Shown: in pieces, positions 46,301-59,641 of the stretch
How positions within the stretch are numbered: position 1 is the first letter of the stretch
How the letters are laid out: each line of letters opens with the position of its first letter
Origin: Squalus acanthias
Lineage: Eukaryota
Length of the DNA: 64,000 bases
Assembly (NCBI GenBank): GCA_030390025.1
Contig: JASTWF010000035.1
Coordinates: 124,001 to 188,000, forward strand
Reading direction: 5' to 3'
Translations under genes and position numbers: made by a program
The notes under the pieces: model-generated
The model's database searches: none
Told to the model about the DNA's origin: nothing
What the model saw: the letters and a program-made list of their open reading frames with translations, nothing else

Positions 46301-47203
46301 CCCTTCACTGTACTCCTCTCCCTTCACTGTACACCTCTCCCTTCACTGTACTCCTCTCCCTTCACTGTACTCCTCTCCCTTCACTGTACACCTCTCCCTT
46401 CACTGTACTCCTCTCCCTTCACTGTACACCTCTCCCTTCACTGTACTCCTCTCCCTTCACTGTACACCTCTCCCTTTACTGTACTCCTCTCCCTTCACTG
46501 TACTCCTCTCCCTTCACTGTACACCCCTCCCTTCACTGTACTCCTATCCCTTCACTGTACACCTCTCCCTTCACTGTACTCCTCTCCCTTCACTGTGCAC
46601 CTCTCCCTTCACTGTACACCTCTCCCTTCACTGTACTCCTCTCCCTTCACTGTACTCCTCTCCCTTCACTGTACACCCCTCCCTTCACTGTACTCCTATC
46701 CCTTCACTGTACACCTCTCCCTTCACTGTACTCCTCTCCCTTCACTGTGCACCTCTCCCTTCACTGTACACCTCTCCCTTCACTGTACTCCTCTCCCTTC
46801 ACTGTACACCTCTCCCTTCACTGTACTCCTCTCCCTTCACTGTACTCCTCTCCCTTCACTGTGCACCTCTCCCTTCACTGTACTCCTATCCCTTCACTGT
46901 ACACCTCTCCCTTCACTGTACTCCTCTCCCTTCACTGTGCACCTCTCCCTTCACTGTACACCTCTCCCTTCACTGTACTCCTCTCCCTTCACTGTACACC
47001 TCTCCCTTCACTGTGCACCTCTCCCTTCACTGTACACCTCTCCCTTCACTGTACTCCTCTCCCTTCACTGTACACCTCTCCCTTCACTGTACTCCTCTCC
47101 CTTCACTGTACACCTCTCCCTTCACTGTACTCCTCTCCCTTCACTGTACACCTCACCCTTCACTGTACTCCTCTCCCTTCACTGTCCTCCTCTCCCTTCA
47201 CTG
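43397..47203. repeat. 19-bp minisatellite, right block (~3.8 kb)
   Basis: Same unit; produces the spurious 1302-aa and 679-aa ORFs. Confidence 0.97.
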
Positions 47204-47281
47204 TTCTGAATTGAAGAGAATGGTCGAGCACATTGACTTCTTGATGTTTTGTTTGACGTTCTGCAATTCTCTGCGTTCCAG

Positions 47282-47485
47282 TCTGCCGAGGAAGGAGCCG
47301 TGAGCATCATCTACTGTGCTGTGTCCAAGGAAATGGAAGGTGTCAGTGGGAAGTACATCGACAGCGACTGCTCCCTCGCGCTGCCCTGTCCAACAGCTCA
47401 AGACCAAGCCTTAGCTAAAAAGCTGTGGGACGTCAGTGAGTCGCTCACCGGCCTCGACAAGAGGACAACTGGAGAGACAAGTTAA
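47282..47485 (+). CDS. RDH-like SDR copy A, last coding exon
   Basis: ttccag| acceptor; SAEEGAVSIIYCAVS..MEGVSGKYIDSDC...AKKLWDVSESLTG then stop (typical RDH C-terminus). Confidence 0.93.
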   Translation, partial: SAEEGAVSIIYCAVSKEMEGVSGKYIDSDCSLALPCPTAQDQALAKKLWDVSESLTGLDKRTTGETS

Positions 47486-47559
47486 TGGAATGTGATTCCT
47501 CCCAGGCAGTCCTTAGAGCAACACATGGAGTGCAACTCGAAATAGCTGCTCTGAGCCTC

Positions 47560-48020
47560 CCACCTCCCGTCCCCTCCCTCTCCCATCCCCCTCCCCCTCC
47601 CCCTCCCCCTCCCCCTCCCCCTCCCCCTCCCCCTCTCCCCCTCCCCCCCCTCTCCCATCCCCCTCCCCCTCTCCCCTCTCCTCCCCCTCCCCCTCTCCCT
47701 CCCCCTCCCCCTCTCGCCTCCCCCTCCCCCTCTCCCTCCCCCTCCCCCTCTCCCTCTCCCTCCCCCTCCCCCTCTCCCTCCCCCTCCCCCTCCCCCTCCC
47801 CCTCTCCCCTCCCCCTCTCCGTCCCCCTACCCCTCTCCCCCACCTCTCCCATCCCCTTCCCCTCCCCTCTCCACACCTCTTTTCCCCTCTTCCCCCTCCC
47901 CCTCTCCCCGCTCCCCTCTCCCCCGCTCCCCTCTCCTCCCCTCTGCAGCCCTCCCCTCCCCACTCCGCTCTTCTCCGCTGCCTCCCCCCTCCCCTCCCTT
48001 CTCATCCACTCCACTCCCCT
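47560..48020. repeat. Polypyrimidine (CCCCT)n low-complexity tract
   Basis: Almost purely C/T on the + strand. Confidence 0.9.
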
Positions 48021-48034
48021 CTCATAGCAATTTA

Positions 48035-49320
48035 GCAACACAGGAACAGGAGGAGGCCATTCAGCTCCTTCAGCCTGTTCCGCCATTCAATGACATCATG
48101 GCTGATCTGTGACCTAACTCCATATACCCGCCTTTGCCCCATATCCCTGAATACCTTTGGATAACAGAAATGTAGTAATCTCAGATTTAAAATGAACAAT
48201 TGACCCAGCATCAATGGCCATTTGCGGAAGAGAGTTCCAAACTGCTCCCCCTTTGTGTGTAGAAGTGTTTCCTAATTTCGGGTCGGCAGGCTGTAACGAG
48301 TGGGGTACCGCAAGGATCAGTGCTTGGGCCTCAGCTACTCACAATCTGCATCAATGATTTGGATGAGGGGACCAAATGTAATATATCCAAGTTTGCTGAT
48401 GATACAAAGCTGGGTGGGAATGTAAGTTGTGAGGAGGATGCAAGGAGGCTTCAAGGGGATATAGACAGGCTAAGTGAGTGGGCAAGAACATGGCAAATGG
48501 AATATAATGTGGAGAAATGTGAAGTTATCCACTTTGGTAGGAAAAATAGAAAAGCAGAGTATTTTTAAATGGTGAGAGATTGGGAAATGTTGGTGTTCAG
48601 AGGGACCTGGGTGTCCTTGTACATGAATCACTGAAAGTTAACATGCAGGTACAGCAAGCAATTAAGAAAGCAAATGATATTTATTACAAGAGGATTTCAG
48701 TATCGGAGTAAAGACTGTAATCAGAAAGGGCCCTGGTGAGACCACACCTGGAGTATTGTGTACAGTTTTGGTCTCCTTACCTAAGGAAGTATATACTTGC
48801 CATTGAGGGAGTGCAACGAAGGTTCACCAGACTAGTTCCTGGGATGGGGGGATTGTCCTATGAGGAGAGATTGTGTAGAATGGGCCTATCCTCTCTGGAG
48901 TTTAGAAGAATGAGAGGTGATCTCATTGAAACATACAAAATTTTTACAGGGCTTGACAGGGTAGATGCAGGGAGGATGTTTCCCTTGTCTCAGGGGTCTA
49001 GAACCAGGGGTAACAGTTTTAGAATAAGGGGTCAGCCATTTAGGACTGAGATGAGGAGAAATTTCTTCACTCAGAGGGTGGTGAATCTTTGGAATTCTCT
49101 ACCCCAGAGGGCTGTGGAGGCTCAGTCGTTGAGTATATTCAAGACTGAGATCGATAGATTTTTGGATATTAAGGGAATCAAGGGATATGGGGATAGTGCA
49201 GGAAAGTGGAGATGAGGTCGAAGATCAGCCATTATCTTATTGAATGGTGGAACAGGCTCGAGGGGCCAAATGACCAACTCCTGCTCCTATTTCTTATGTT
49301 CTTTTGTTCCTATGTTCTTG
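48035..49320. mobile_element. CR1 fragments (- 48035-48280; + 48281-49320)
   Basis: GVPQGSVLGP, KFADD, RNFFTQRVV; CR1 3' UTRs. Confidence 0.85.
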
Positions 49321-49609
49321 TCCTCCACTCCCCTCCCCTCTCCTCCATTCCCTGCTATATAACATAATCTCGTATATAGCCTTCTATATAACACCCTTAT
49401 ATAGCACAACCTCATATATAACATACCCTGCTATATAACACAACCTATATAACACAACCTCATATATATAACATTACAGCCATGGTCCAAACATGGACAA
49501 AAGAGCTAAATTCCTGAGATGAGGTGAGGTGAGAGTGACTGCCCTTGACATCAAGGCTGCATTTGACCAAATGTGGCATCAAGGAGCCCTAGTAAAATTG
49601 AAGTCAATG

Positions 49610-52565
49610 GGCTGTAGTCCAGGAGCCAGTGGTGAGTGTAGGGAGGTACTGAGGAGGGTATCAAGGTCGCAGGAATGTACCGGCAGACAGGAAGATGGCT
49701 TGAAGTGTGTCTACTTCAATGCAAGGAGCATCCGGAATAAGGTAGGAGAACTTGGAGCGTGGATTGGTACTTGGGACTACGATGTGGTGGCCATTACGGA
49801 GACATGGTTAGAACAGGGACAGGAATGGTTGTTGGAAGTTCCGGGGTATAGATGTTTCAGTAAGAGTCGGGAAGTTGGTAGGAAAGGTGGAGGAGTAGCA
49901 TTGTTAATCAAGGATAGTTTAACAGCGGCAGAAAGGCAGTTCGAGGGGGATCTGCCGTCTGAGGTAATATGGGCTGAAGTTAGAAATAGGAAAGGAGCGG
50001 TCACGTTGTTAGGAGTTTTCTACAGGCCCCCAAATAGTAATAGAGATGTGGAGGAAGAAATTGCAAAGCAGATTATGAATAGGTGTGGAGGTCACAGAGT
50101 AGTTGTCATGGGTGACTTCAACTTTCCAAATATTGATTGGAACCTTTATAGGTCAAACAGTTCGGATGGGATAGTTTTTGCACAGTGTGTGCAGGAGGGT
50201 TTCCTGACACAATATGTGGATAGGCCGACAAGAGGTGGGGCCACGTTGGATTTGGTACTGGGTAATGAACCGGGCCAAGTGTTTGATTTGTATGTGGGAG
50301 AGCACTTTGGAGATAGTGACCACAATTCGGTAACTTTCACTATTGCAATGGAGAGGGATAGGGCCATACGGCAGGGCAGGGTTTATAATTGGGGGAGGGG
50401 TAATTATGATGCGATTAGGCAAGAATTAGGGAGTATAAGATGGGAACAGAAACTATCAGGGAAAGGCACAAACGAAAAGTGGAGCTTTTTCATGGAGCAA
50501 TTACTGCGTGTCCTTGATAGGTATGTCCCTGTCAGGCAGGGAGGAAATGGCCGAGTGAGAGAACCATGGTTCACAAAAGAGGTTGAATGTCTAGTCAAGA
50601 GGAAAAAGGAAGCGTATGTAAGGATGAGAAAACAAGGTTCAGTTGGATCGATTGAGGGGTACAAGGTAGCAAGGAATGAGCTAAAAAAAGAGCTTAGGAG
50701 AGCTAGGAGGGGGCATGAGAAGTCCTTGGCGGGTCGGATCAAGAAAAACCCCAAGGCCTTTTACTCTTATGTGAGAAATAAAAGAATGACCAGGGTGAGG
50801 GTAGGGCCGGTCAAGGACAGTAGTGGGAACTTGTGCATGGAGTCAGAAGAGATAGGAGAGGTGATGAATGAATACTTTTCGTCAGTGTTCACCGAGGAGA
50901 GGGGCCATGTTCTTGAGGATGAGAGTGTGATAAAGGTGGATAGGCTGGAGGTGGTAGATGTTCTGAGGGAAGATGTTTTAGCAATTTTGAAGAACCTGAG
51001 GGTCGATAAGTCCCCTGGGCCAGATGGGATATATCCTAGGATTCTTTGGGAGGCAAGGGAGGAGATTGCAGAGCCTCTGGCTTTGATCTTTGGGTCCTCA
51101 CTGTCCACGGGAATGGTGCCAGAGGACTGGAGAGTGGCGAATGTTGTTCCTCTCTTCAAGAAAGGAAATAGGAATGACCCTGGTAATTATAGGCCGGTTA
51201 GTCTTACTTCGGTGGTTGGTAAGATAATGGAAAAGGTCCTGAGGGATAGGATTTATGACCATTTGGAAAGGGGCAACTTAATCCGGGATAGTCAACACGG
51301 ATTCGTGAAGGGTAAGTCTTGCCTAACAAATTTGATTGAATTCTTTGAGGAGGTAACTAAGTGTGTAGATGAAGGTAGAGCAGTTGATGTCGTATACATG
51401 GATTTTAGTAAGGCGTTTGATAAGGTTCCCCATGGTCGGCTCATGAAGAAAGTAAGGAGTTGTGGGATAGAGGGAAATTTGGCCGATTGGATAAGTAACT
51501 GGCTATCTCATAGAAGGCAGAGGGTGGTGGTGGATGGAACATTTTCGGACTGGAGACCAGTTACCAGCGGTGTGCCACAGGGGTCGGTGCTGGGTCCTCT
51601 GCTGTTTGTGATTTTTATCAATGACTTGGAGGAGGGGACTGAAGGGTGGATCAGTAAATTTGCTGATGACACCAAGATTGGTGGAGCAGTGGATGAGGTG
51701 GAGGGCTGTTGTAGGCTGCAAAGAGACATTGATAGGATGCAGAGCTGGGCCGAAAAATGGCAGATGGAATTTAACCCTGATAAGTGCGAGGTGATTCATT
51801 TTGGTAGGGCAAATTTGAATAAGGATTACAGGGTCAACGGCAGGGTTCTGAGGAACGTGGAGGAGCAGAGGGATCTGGGGGTTCATATCCACAGATCTCT
51901 GAAGGTTGCCACTCAAGTGGATAGAGCAGTAAAGAAGGCCTATGGTGTGTTGGCGTTTATTAACAGAGGGTTTGAGTTTAAGAACCGTGAGGTTATGCTG
52001 CAACTGTACAGGACCTTGGTGAGACCACATTTGGAATATTGTGTGCAGTTCTGGTCACCTCACTATAGGAAGGACGTGGAAGCATTGGAAAGAGTGCAAA
52101 GGAGATTTACCAGGATGCTGCCTGGTTTGGGGGGGAGGTCTTATGAGGAAAGATTGAGGGAGTTGGGGCTTTTCTCTTTAGAGCGGAGGAGGATGAGAGG
52201 CGACTTAATAGAGGTTTATAAGATGATGAGGGGGATAGATAGAGTGGATGTTCAGAGACTATTTCCTCGGGTAGAGGCAGCTGTTACAAGGGGGCATAAC
52301 TATAAGGTGCATGGGGGGAGATATAGAAGGGATGTCCGAGGTAGATTCTTTACTCAGAGAGTGGTTGGGGTGTGGAATGGACTGCCTGCTGTGATAGTGG
52401 AGTCGGACACTTTAGGAACTTTCAAGCGGTTATTGGATAAGCACATGGAGCACACCAGAGTGATAGGGAGTGTGATAGCTTGATCTTGGTCTTGGACAAT
52501 GCTCGGCACAACATCGAGGGCCGAAGGGCCTGTACTGTGCTGTACTGTTCTATGTTCTATGTTCT
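49610..52565 (+). mobile_element. CR1 LINE with uninterrupted ORF2 (APE + RT), inserted in a second-family LINE (49475-49609 and 52570-53215)
   Basis: Open frame from LKCVYFNARSIRNK through SDHNS, KFADD and RFFTQRVV to the stop at 52483; (TTCTATG)n tail. Confidence 0.93.
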
Positions 52566-53504
52566 AAATCAGGGGAAAGCTTCTCCACTGGCTGGAGTCA
52601 TACCGAGCACAACGGAAGATGGTTGTGGTTGTTGGAGGCCAATCATCTCAGCTCCAGGACATCACTGCAGGAGTTCCTCATCTACAAGGCACAAGTAAGG
52701 AGTGTGATGGAATACTCACCACTTGCCTGGATGAGTGCAGCTCCAACAGTACTCAAGAAGCTCGATACAATCCAGGACAAAGCAGCCCGCTTGATTGGCA
52801 CCCCATCCACCACCTTAAACATTCACTCCCTCCACCACCGGCGTACCGTGGCTGCAGTGTGTACCATCTACAAGATGCACTGCAGCAACTCGCCAAGGCT
52901 TCTTCGGCAGCACCTCCCAAACCCGCGGCCTCTTCCACCTAGAAGGACAAGGGCATCAGACACAGGGGAACACCACCACCTCCAAGTTCCCCTCCAAGTC
53001 ACACACCATCCTGACTTGGAAGTATATCGCCGATCCTTCATCGTCGCTGGGTCAAAATCCTGGAACTCCCTCCCTAACAGTACTGTGGGAGTACCTTCAC
53101 CACATGGACTGCAGCGGTTCAAGAAGGCAGCTCACCACCACCTTCTCAAGGGAAACTAGGGATGGGCAATAAATGCTGGCCTTGGCAGCGACGCCCACAT
53201 CCCATGAATGAATGCAAAAAATTCCCTTCTATATAACACCACCAATATAACCAGGGTTCTCCCGATCTCCTGCTGTATCTTCAGCGGAAGTTCAATGGAA
53301 ATCTGAGGAACAGCAATGATCACTCGCCCCGCCGATCGCCCGCAGGAGTAACGGTGGGAGATCGGGAGAACTCTCACGGAAATTCTACCCTCTGTGTTAG
53401 CGAGAAAGGGAGCTGCCTGCTTATATATGGAGAAGTGTCGGGAAACCGGAATGAGTTAAACTCTGCTCTGTTCATTTTGTGTCTCATAAATAAAACTACT
53501 TAAA

Positions 53505-53960
53505 GAAAGAAAGACTTGCATTTCTATAGCGCCTTTCAAACCACCGGACGTTCCAAAGTGCTTTTCAGCCAATGAAGTACTTTTTGAAGTGGAGTCACTG
53601 TTGTAATGTAGGAAACGCGGCATCCAATTTGCGCACAGCAAGCTCCCACAAACAGCAATGTGAAAATGACCAAATAATCTGTTTTGGTTAAGGGATAAAT
53701 ATTGGCCAGGACACCAGGGATAACTCCCCTATTCTTCTTTGAAATAGTGCCATGGGATCTTTTACGTCTACCTGAGAGAGCAGACGGGGCCTCGGTTTAA
53801 CGTCTCATCCAAAAGACGGCACCTCTGACAGTGCGGCGCTCCCTCAGCACTGCACTGGAGTGTCAGCCTAGCTTTATGTGCTCAGGTTTCTGGAGTGGGA
53901 CTCGAACCCACAACCTTCTGACTCAGAGGCCAGAGTGCTAGCAACTGAGCCACAGCTGAC
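53505..53960 (-). mobile_element. tRNA-headed DeuSINE-type SINE (partial copies at ~17630-17795 and ~59830-60090)
   Basis: A/B boxes TGGCTCAGTTG / GGTTCGAGTCC on the - strand; central block resembles the Deu domain (from memory). Confidence 0.7.
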
Positions 53961-54014
53961 ACATATTGGCTTCAGCCCATGTCTCCCGTCACTGAGAGTG
54001 TTTATTCAGTCAAA

Positions 54015-54275
54015 TTATTACTCTGGGTTCACAGTGCACTGTTTATTACTCTGGGTTCACAGTGCACTGTTTATTACTATGGTTTCAGGGTGCACTGTTT
54101 ATTACTCTGGGTTCACAGTGCACTGTTTATTACTCTGGGTTCACAGTGCACTGTTTATTACTCTGGGTTCACAGTGCACTGTTTATTGCTCTGGGTTCAC
54201 AGTGCACTGTTTATTACTCTGGGTTCACAGTGCACTGTTTATTACTATGGTTTCAGGGTGCAGTGATTATTACTC
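54015..54275. repeat. 28-bp minisatellite containing the palindrome ACAGTGCACTGT
   Basis: TTATTACTCTGGGTTCACAGTGCACTGT, ~9 copies. Confidence 0.9.
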
Positions 54276-54616
54276 CAGTTTCATGGTACGCTTATAGCAA
54301 ACAAACGGAAATCAATCCCAGAGTTGGATCACCTTCAAACGCCAGTCCCCGGCCTGCAGTGTCCGGCCCTTTCGCATTCACCCAGGGGCCGGTCGCTGCT
54401 CCGATGCTGTGACTGACTGGCAGGTTAGTGTTAGCTTATTGGCCCCTAATAGGCTAAATATACATTGAGTTTTTACAGGATAATCCATATCCAGACCCCT
54501 TTAAATAATCTCGAGACCGAGGAACCACTGAAACATCTGATTAACGTTTTTATTCCTATTCACCACTACCATGAGACCAGTGGGTCCCAATAACCACTCA
54601 CGTGAGCACTCACAGC

Positions 54617-57315
54617 AACATAGGAACAGGAGGAGGCCATTCAGCCCTCGAGCCTGTTCCGCCATTCAATGAGATCATGGCTGATCTGTGACCTAACTCC
54701 ATCTACCCTTTGGTCCATATCCCTTAATACCTTTGGTTATCAAAAATCGATCAATTGATCTAGCATCAATTGCCATTTGCGGAAGAGAGTTCCAAACTTC
54801 TACCACCCTTCGGGGGAAAAATTCAGTATCGTCCCGTTTGGGGCGCAATTATCGGCCGGGCGCAAAGATTTATGCCTGGCGCTAATAATCGCTTCCGAAT
54901 GCAAACTTGACCTTTATCGCCCCTGTTTCCTAATTTCACTCCTGAAAGGTCTGGCTCCAATTTTTAGACTGTGCCCCCTAGTCCCAGAATCCCCAACCAG
55001 CGGAAATAGTTTCTCTCTATCTACCCTATCAGTTCCCCTTAATATCTTGAAAACTTTGATCAAATCATCCCTTAACCTTCTAAATTTAAGGGAATACAAC
55101 CCTAATTTGTGTAATCACTCCTCGTAATTTAACTTTTGAAGTCCGGGTATCATTCTGGTAAACCTAAGCTGCACTCACTCCAAGGCCAGTATATCCTTCC
55201 TAAGGTGTGGTGCCCAGAACTGCTCTCAGTGCTCCAGGTGTGGTCTAACCAGGGCTTTGTATCGCTGTTCTGAAGAAGAAAGGAGGAAGTTGAGGAATGG
55301 AAGCGAGATGTGCAAAGGCTGCGCCCCGTTTCAATGATGCCCCCTGGATGTGCTGCTGGGGGTTGTGAGGAGGGAGATACTATTCCCCAGCAATGAGAGG
55401 AAGAAACCTGCGGCACAAACCAAGATGGGGTGGTTGGAGGTTGCCGAGGAGGTCAGCAGCAGGAGCGCAGTGCCACGCTCCTGGATGCAGCACAGGAAGC
55501 TCTTTAATGACCTAACCATGTCAGAAAAGGTGTGTACAGTGGCACATTAACCTGCATCCTGCTGTGTGCATCACCCCACCCACTCACTCTGCCTTCTCAA
55601 GCCTACTCCAGCACATCACTCCTCATACCCCTTGACTTAGATGAAGGGGTCGAGTGCCATGTATCCAAGATTGCTGATGGTACAAACATAGGTGGGAAAG
55701 TATGCTGTGAGGCTGCAAAGTGATATAGACAGGTTAAGTGAGTGGGCAATAAGTTGGCAGATGGAATATTATGGGCCAAAAATTCGGCACTTGCCGGGTG
55801 AGTACGCACTGTGTACTCACCCGTAAGGCCTCCTGAAGTGCCGGTTATCTGCATGCACTGCGCATGCGCGGGAAACCGGAACTTCCGGTCTGGTGAAGGG
55901 AGCGGTTCAGAGGTGAACCGCGTGCGCGGGAGAGGCTGCGCGCACGCAGCAAACTTAGGGTTTTTTTCAGGTTTCTCCGGGAGGGTAAGTATTGAAGAAC
56001 CTGCACTTTTAAAAAGGAGGCACAGGACCCGTTTTCAACAAGGTAAGTGGTTAATTAATTATAATTTTAAAATGTTTTCAACAGGTTTATCTTTTTTAGA
56101 TACTTTAAAGAAAGGTAAGTTTATTTTTAGCACTGTTAAAAAGTATTTTAATTTTTCAAAAATTTAAATTTTTGTTTAAAGTAGTTAATTTATTTAACTT
56201 ATAGTTATTTTAAAAATGTGATGTTTTTTAAAAAAATGTATTTGAAGTTTAGCTGTTCTTTTGGGGCCGATTTCAATTCATAGATTTGACAGGTCTTCCT
56301 GTCAAATCTATGAATGAAAGATGGTCTGCTGCCATTGGCTCTCCATGGCCCACGTGATCCCAGGGGACGCATCGCACTAACTACGCCCCTGGGACACGCA
56401 AGCACTGCGCGCCGGCAGCTGCAGGACGCCCAGGAGCTGAAGTCCCCGTGGGCCCAGAGGTCAACGGCAGGCGCTGTAGGTAGGTGCGCGTGCGATCCTT
56501 GCACCCGCGGGAAGCCAGGGAGCCTAATTTCTGGGCCAATGTGGGGAAATGTGAGGTTATTCACTTTGGTAGGAAGAATAGAAAAACATTTTTTTTTAAA
56601 TGGTGAGTAACTATTAAATGTTGGTGTTCAGAGAGATTTAGGTGTCCTCGTACAGGAAACACAGAAAGTTAGCATTTGGGTACAACTAGGAAGGCAAATG
56701 GCATGTTGGCCTTTATTGCAAGGGGGTTGGAGTACAAGAGTAAGGAAGTCTTGCTACAATTGTACAGGGCCTTTGGTGAGACCACACCTGGAGTACTGGG
56801 CACAGTTTTGGGCTCCTTATCTGAAAAAGGACATACATGCCTTCGAGGTGGTGCAACGAAGGTTCACTAGATTGATCCCTGGGATGAGAGGACTGTCCTA
56901 TGAGGAGAGATTGAGTAGATTGGGCCTATACTCTCTGGAGTTTAGAAGAATGAGAGATGATCTCATTGAAACAGATAAGATTCTGAGGGGGATTGACAGG
57001 ATAGATGCTGAGAGGCTGTTTCCCCTGGCTGGAGTTTAGGGGTCACAGTCTCAGGATAAGGGGTTGGCCATTTAAGACCGAGATGAGAAGGAATTTCTTC
57101 ACTCAGAGGGTTGTGAATCTTTGGAATTCTCTATCCCAAAGTGCTGTGAATGCTGACTCGTTGAGTATATTCAAGACTGAGATCGATAGATTTTTGGACT
57201 CTAGGGGAATCAAAGGATATGGAGATCGGGTGGGAAAGTAGAGTTGAGGTGAAAGATCAGCCATGGTCTTATTGAATGTCCGTATGGCCTACTCCTGCTC
57301 CTAATTCTTATGTTC
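54617..57315. mobile_element. Interleaved CR1 fragments (- 54617-55260; + 55630-57315) and a Harbinger Myb-gene fragment (55300-55630)
   Basis: CR1 RT motifs; WLEVAEEVSSRS..PRSWMQHRKLFNDL. Confidence 0.75.
55773..56537. mobile_element. Non-autonomous TIR element (MITE, Harbinger-like) within CR1
   Basis: Imperfect TIRs GGGCCAAAAATTCGGC / GCCTAATTTCTGGGCC; interrupts CR1 GGAATAT...AATGTGGGGAAATGT. Confidence 0.6.
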
Positions 57316-57862
57316 TTACCTTGCACATGCTATCCCTCTCTGTCCGTGCACTTCCTCACATCCCCATCTATCCATTCACCACTGACACTCCACCCTCATC
57401 CTTATGCAATGTCATGCCTCTCTCTGATACTCACCCTCACCAAATGCTCTCCATCCATCGGATGGACACATACCAGACATTGCAATCAGGGAGGAGTGTG
57501 AAATATTAGATGAGATAAATATAGTGACAGAGGAAATATTAAGGGATTTAGCATCTTTCAAAGTAGATAAATTGCCAGGCCTGGATGAAATATATCCCAG
57601 GCTGTTCAGAGAAGCAAGGGGGGAAATAGCAGAGGCTCTGACCATCATTTTCTAATCACCTCTGGCTACAGGCGTGGTGCTGGAAGACTGGAGTTATAGA
57701 GTCATCGATTCATTATGGCACAGAAGGAGACCATTCGGCCCATCGAGTCCATGCCAGCTCTCTGTAGAGCAATCCAGTCAGTCCCATTCCCCCGCTCTAT
57801 CCCCGTAGCCCTGCAAGTTTATTTCCCTCAAGTGCCTATCCAGTCTCCCCTTGAAAACATTG

Positions 57863-58400
57863 AGGGCTGGATTTTGATACTGGGGCGGGTTGGGGTTGTG
57901 TTACCCGCTTTTCGTGTTGCCCACCCGAATCTAGAGCGATGTGGATGAATGATGCGATTTTAACTTAATTGGCCAATTGAGTTCCAACGTGTGGGAACCC
58001 ATGGCCAATGAGTTATTCCAGTCTGAAAGTCGCCTCCGATGACGTCATCATTGCTGCTGCATTTAAGGTCTGCAACAAGCCTTGCTTCTTCTGCAGGCTG
58101 CCAAGCTTTTGGACCTGTATCCTAGAGGCAACTGCAGGAGGAATGGCCAGCCAATGACTCAGGTCTGCTCCCAGGTTCGATGACGTTGCCCTGCAAGCTT
58201 TGGTGGATGGAGCAAGACCCAACAGAGAGGTGTTCTTCCCCTCCTCAGGGAGGAAGAAGCCTCCCCAGCAGACCAAGGCTGTGTGGGTCCAGGTCGCCCA
58301 GGAGGTCAACTCCTTATCCATCACTCGCAGAACCTGGCTTCAGTGCAGGAAGAGGTTTCATGACCTTCTACACACTGCAAAAGTGAGTATGACTTTCCGG
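57863..58400 (+). mobile_element. Harbinger 5' end with Myb/SANT-like exon fragment
   Basis: APRFDDVALQALV...WVQVAQEVNS...RTWLQCRKRFHDL|gtgagt. Confidence 0.7.
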
Positions 58401-59072
58401 AGGGAGCGGGATGGGATGGGAGGTGGGAGCAGGGGGAGGGAGTGGGATGGGATGGGAGGTAGGGGGCGGGAGGAGGGAGCGGGATGGGATGGGAGATGGG
58501 AGCGGGGGGGAGGGAGCGGGAGGAGGGAGCGGGATGGGATGGGAGGTGGGAGCGGGGGGGAGGGAGCAGGATGGGATGGGAGGTGGGGGAGGGAGCGGGA
58601 TGGGATGGGAGGTGGGGGAGGGAGCGGGATGGGATGGGAGGTGGGGGAGGGAGCGGGATGGGATGGGAGGTGGGGGAGGGAGCGGGATGGGATGGGAGGT
58701 GGGAGCAGGGGGGAGGGAGCGGGATGGGATGGGTGGGGGCCGGGGGAGGGAGCGTGATGGGATGGGTGGGGGCGGGGGAAGGGAGCCGGATGGGAGGTGA
58801 GGGAGGGAGCGGGATGGATGGGAGGTGGGAGCGGGGGGGAGGGAGCGGGATGGGGTGGGATGGGAGGGAGCGGGATGGGATGGGATGGGTGGGGGCGGGA
58901 GCGGGATAGGATGGGAGGTGGGGGAGGGAGCAGGATGGGATGGGAGGTGGGGGTGGGGGGAGGGAGCGGGATGGGATGGGATGGGTGGGGGCGGGGGGAC
59001 GGAGCAGGATGGGATGGGATGGGAGGTGGGGGAGGGAGCGGGATGGGATGGGAGGTGAGGGAGGGAGCGGGG
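58400..59072. repeat. G-rich degenerate tandem repeat (GGGAGCGGGATGGGATGGGAGGT)
   Basis: Directly visible. Confidence 0.9.
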
Positions 59073-59166
59073 ATACGTTGGCAGTTGTTATTACGAGGCC
59101 CCCACAAGGCCCATTGCCTTCTTAAGGCAATAAATGCCCGTGTTACGCACATCCCAAGAACGCATT

Positions 59167-59375
59167 AAAAAAACTGCGGATGCTGGAAATCTGAAATAAC
59201 AGAAAATGCTGGAAACACTCAGCAGGTCAGGCAGCATCGAGGAGAGAGAAACAGAGTCAACGTTTCGAGTCGAACCGAATCTGTTGAAGGGTTCGACCCG
59301 AAACGTTGACTCTGTTTCTCTCTCCTCGATGCTGCCTGACCTGCTGAGTGTTTCCAGCATTTTCTGTTGTTATTT
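59167..59375. mobile_element. Palindromic Penelope-terminus mini-element
   Basis: Same inverted structure as 13540-13750. Confidence 0.8.
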
Positions 59376-59641
59376 TTATAAAACTTTTAGTGTGCACTTG
59401 CTGCAGAGGGATGTGGGATTTAAGGTGATGGTCCCCTTCTCAGGACTCTGCATGATCCCCATTTCTGTGACATTGCCCCTTTAACAAATCTAAACTTTCT
59501 TTGCAGTTCATAAACAATAGTTTGAGATCCAAAAAAAGTTTCCAAACAAGTTACCGGTTAACCCGGTATGTCTGGCAAATATTCAAAGTACAATCAGTTG
59601 GACTCTGCACTCTTTCCCTCAGTTGAAATAATCCTGGCATC

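Noticed and set aside
39690..47203. Possible CRISPR-like array
   Set aside because: Head-to-tail repeats with no unique spacers, no cas genes, eukaryotic context
43395..47303. 1302-aa, 679-aa and 427/421-aa ORFs (SLHCTPLPSLYTSPFTV repeats)
   Set aside because: Translation of a stop-free 19-bp minisatellite that cycles through all three frames; not a gene
49529..49700. N-terminus of the 984-aa ORF as a novel fusion
   Set aside because: The first ~27 codons come from the LINE into which the CR1 inserted
53880..53960. tRNA gene
   Set aside because: tRNA-like A/B boxes belong to a SINE head and run straight into the SINE body
58200..59168. Gly/Pro-rich ORFs here, and similar ones at 47445-48086 and 60892-62199
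   Set aside because: Low-complexity repeat translations
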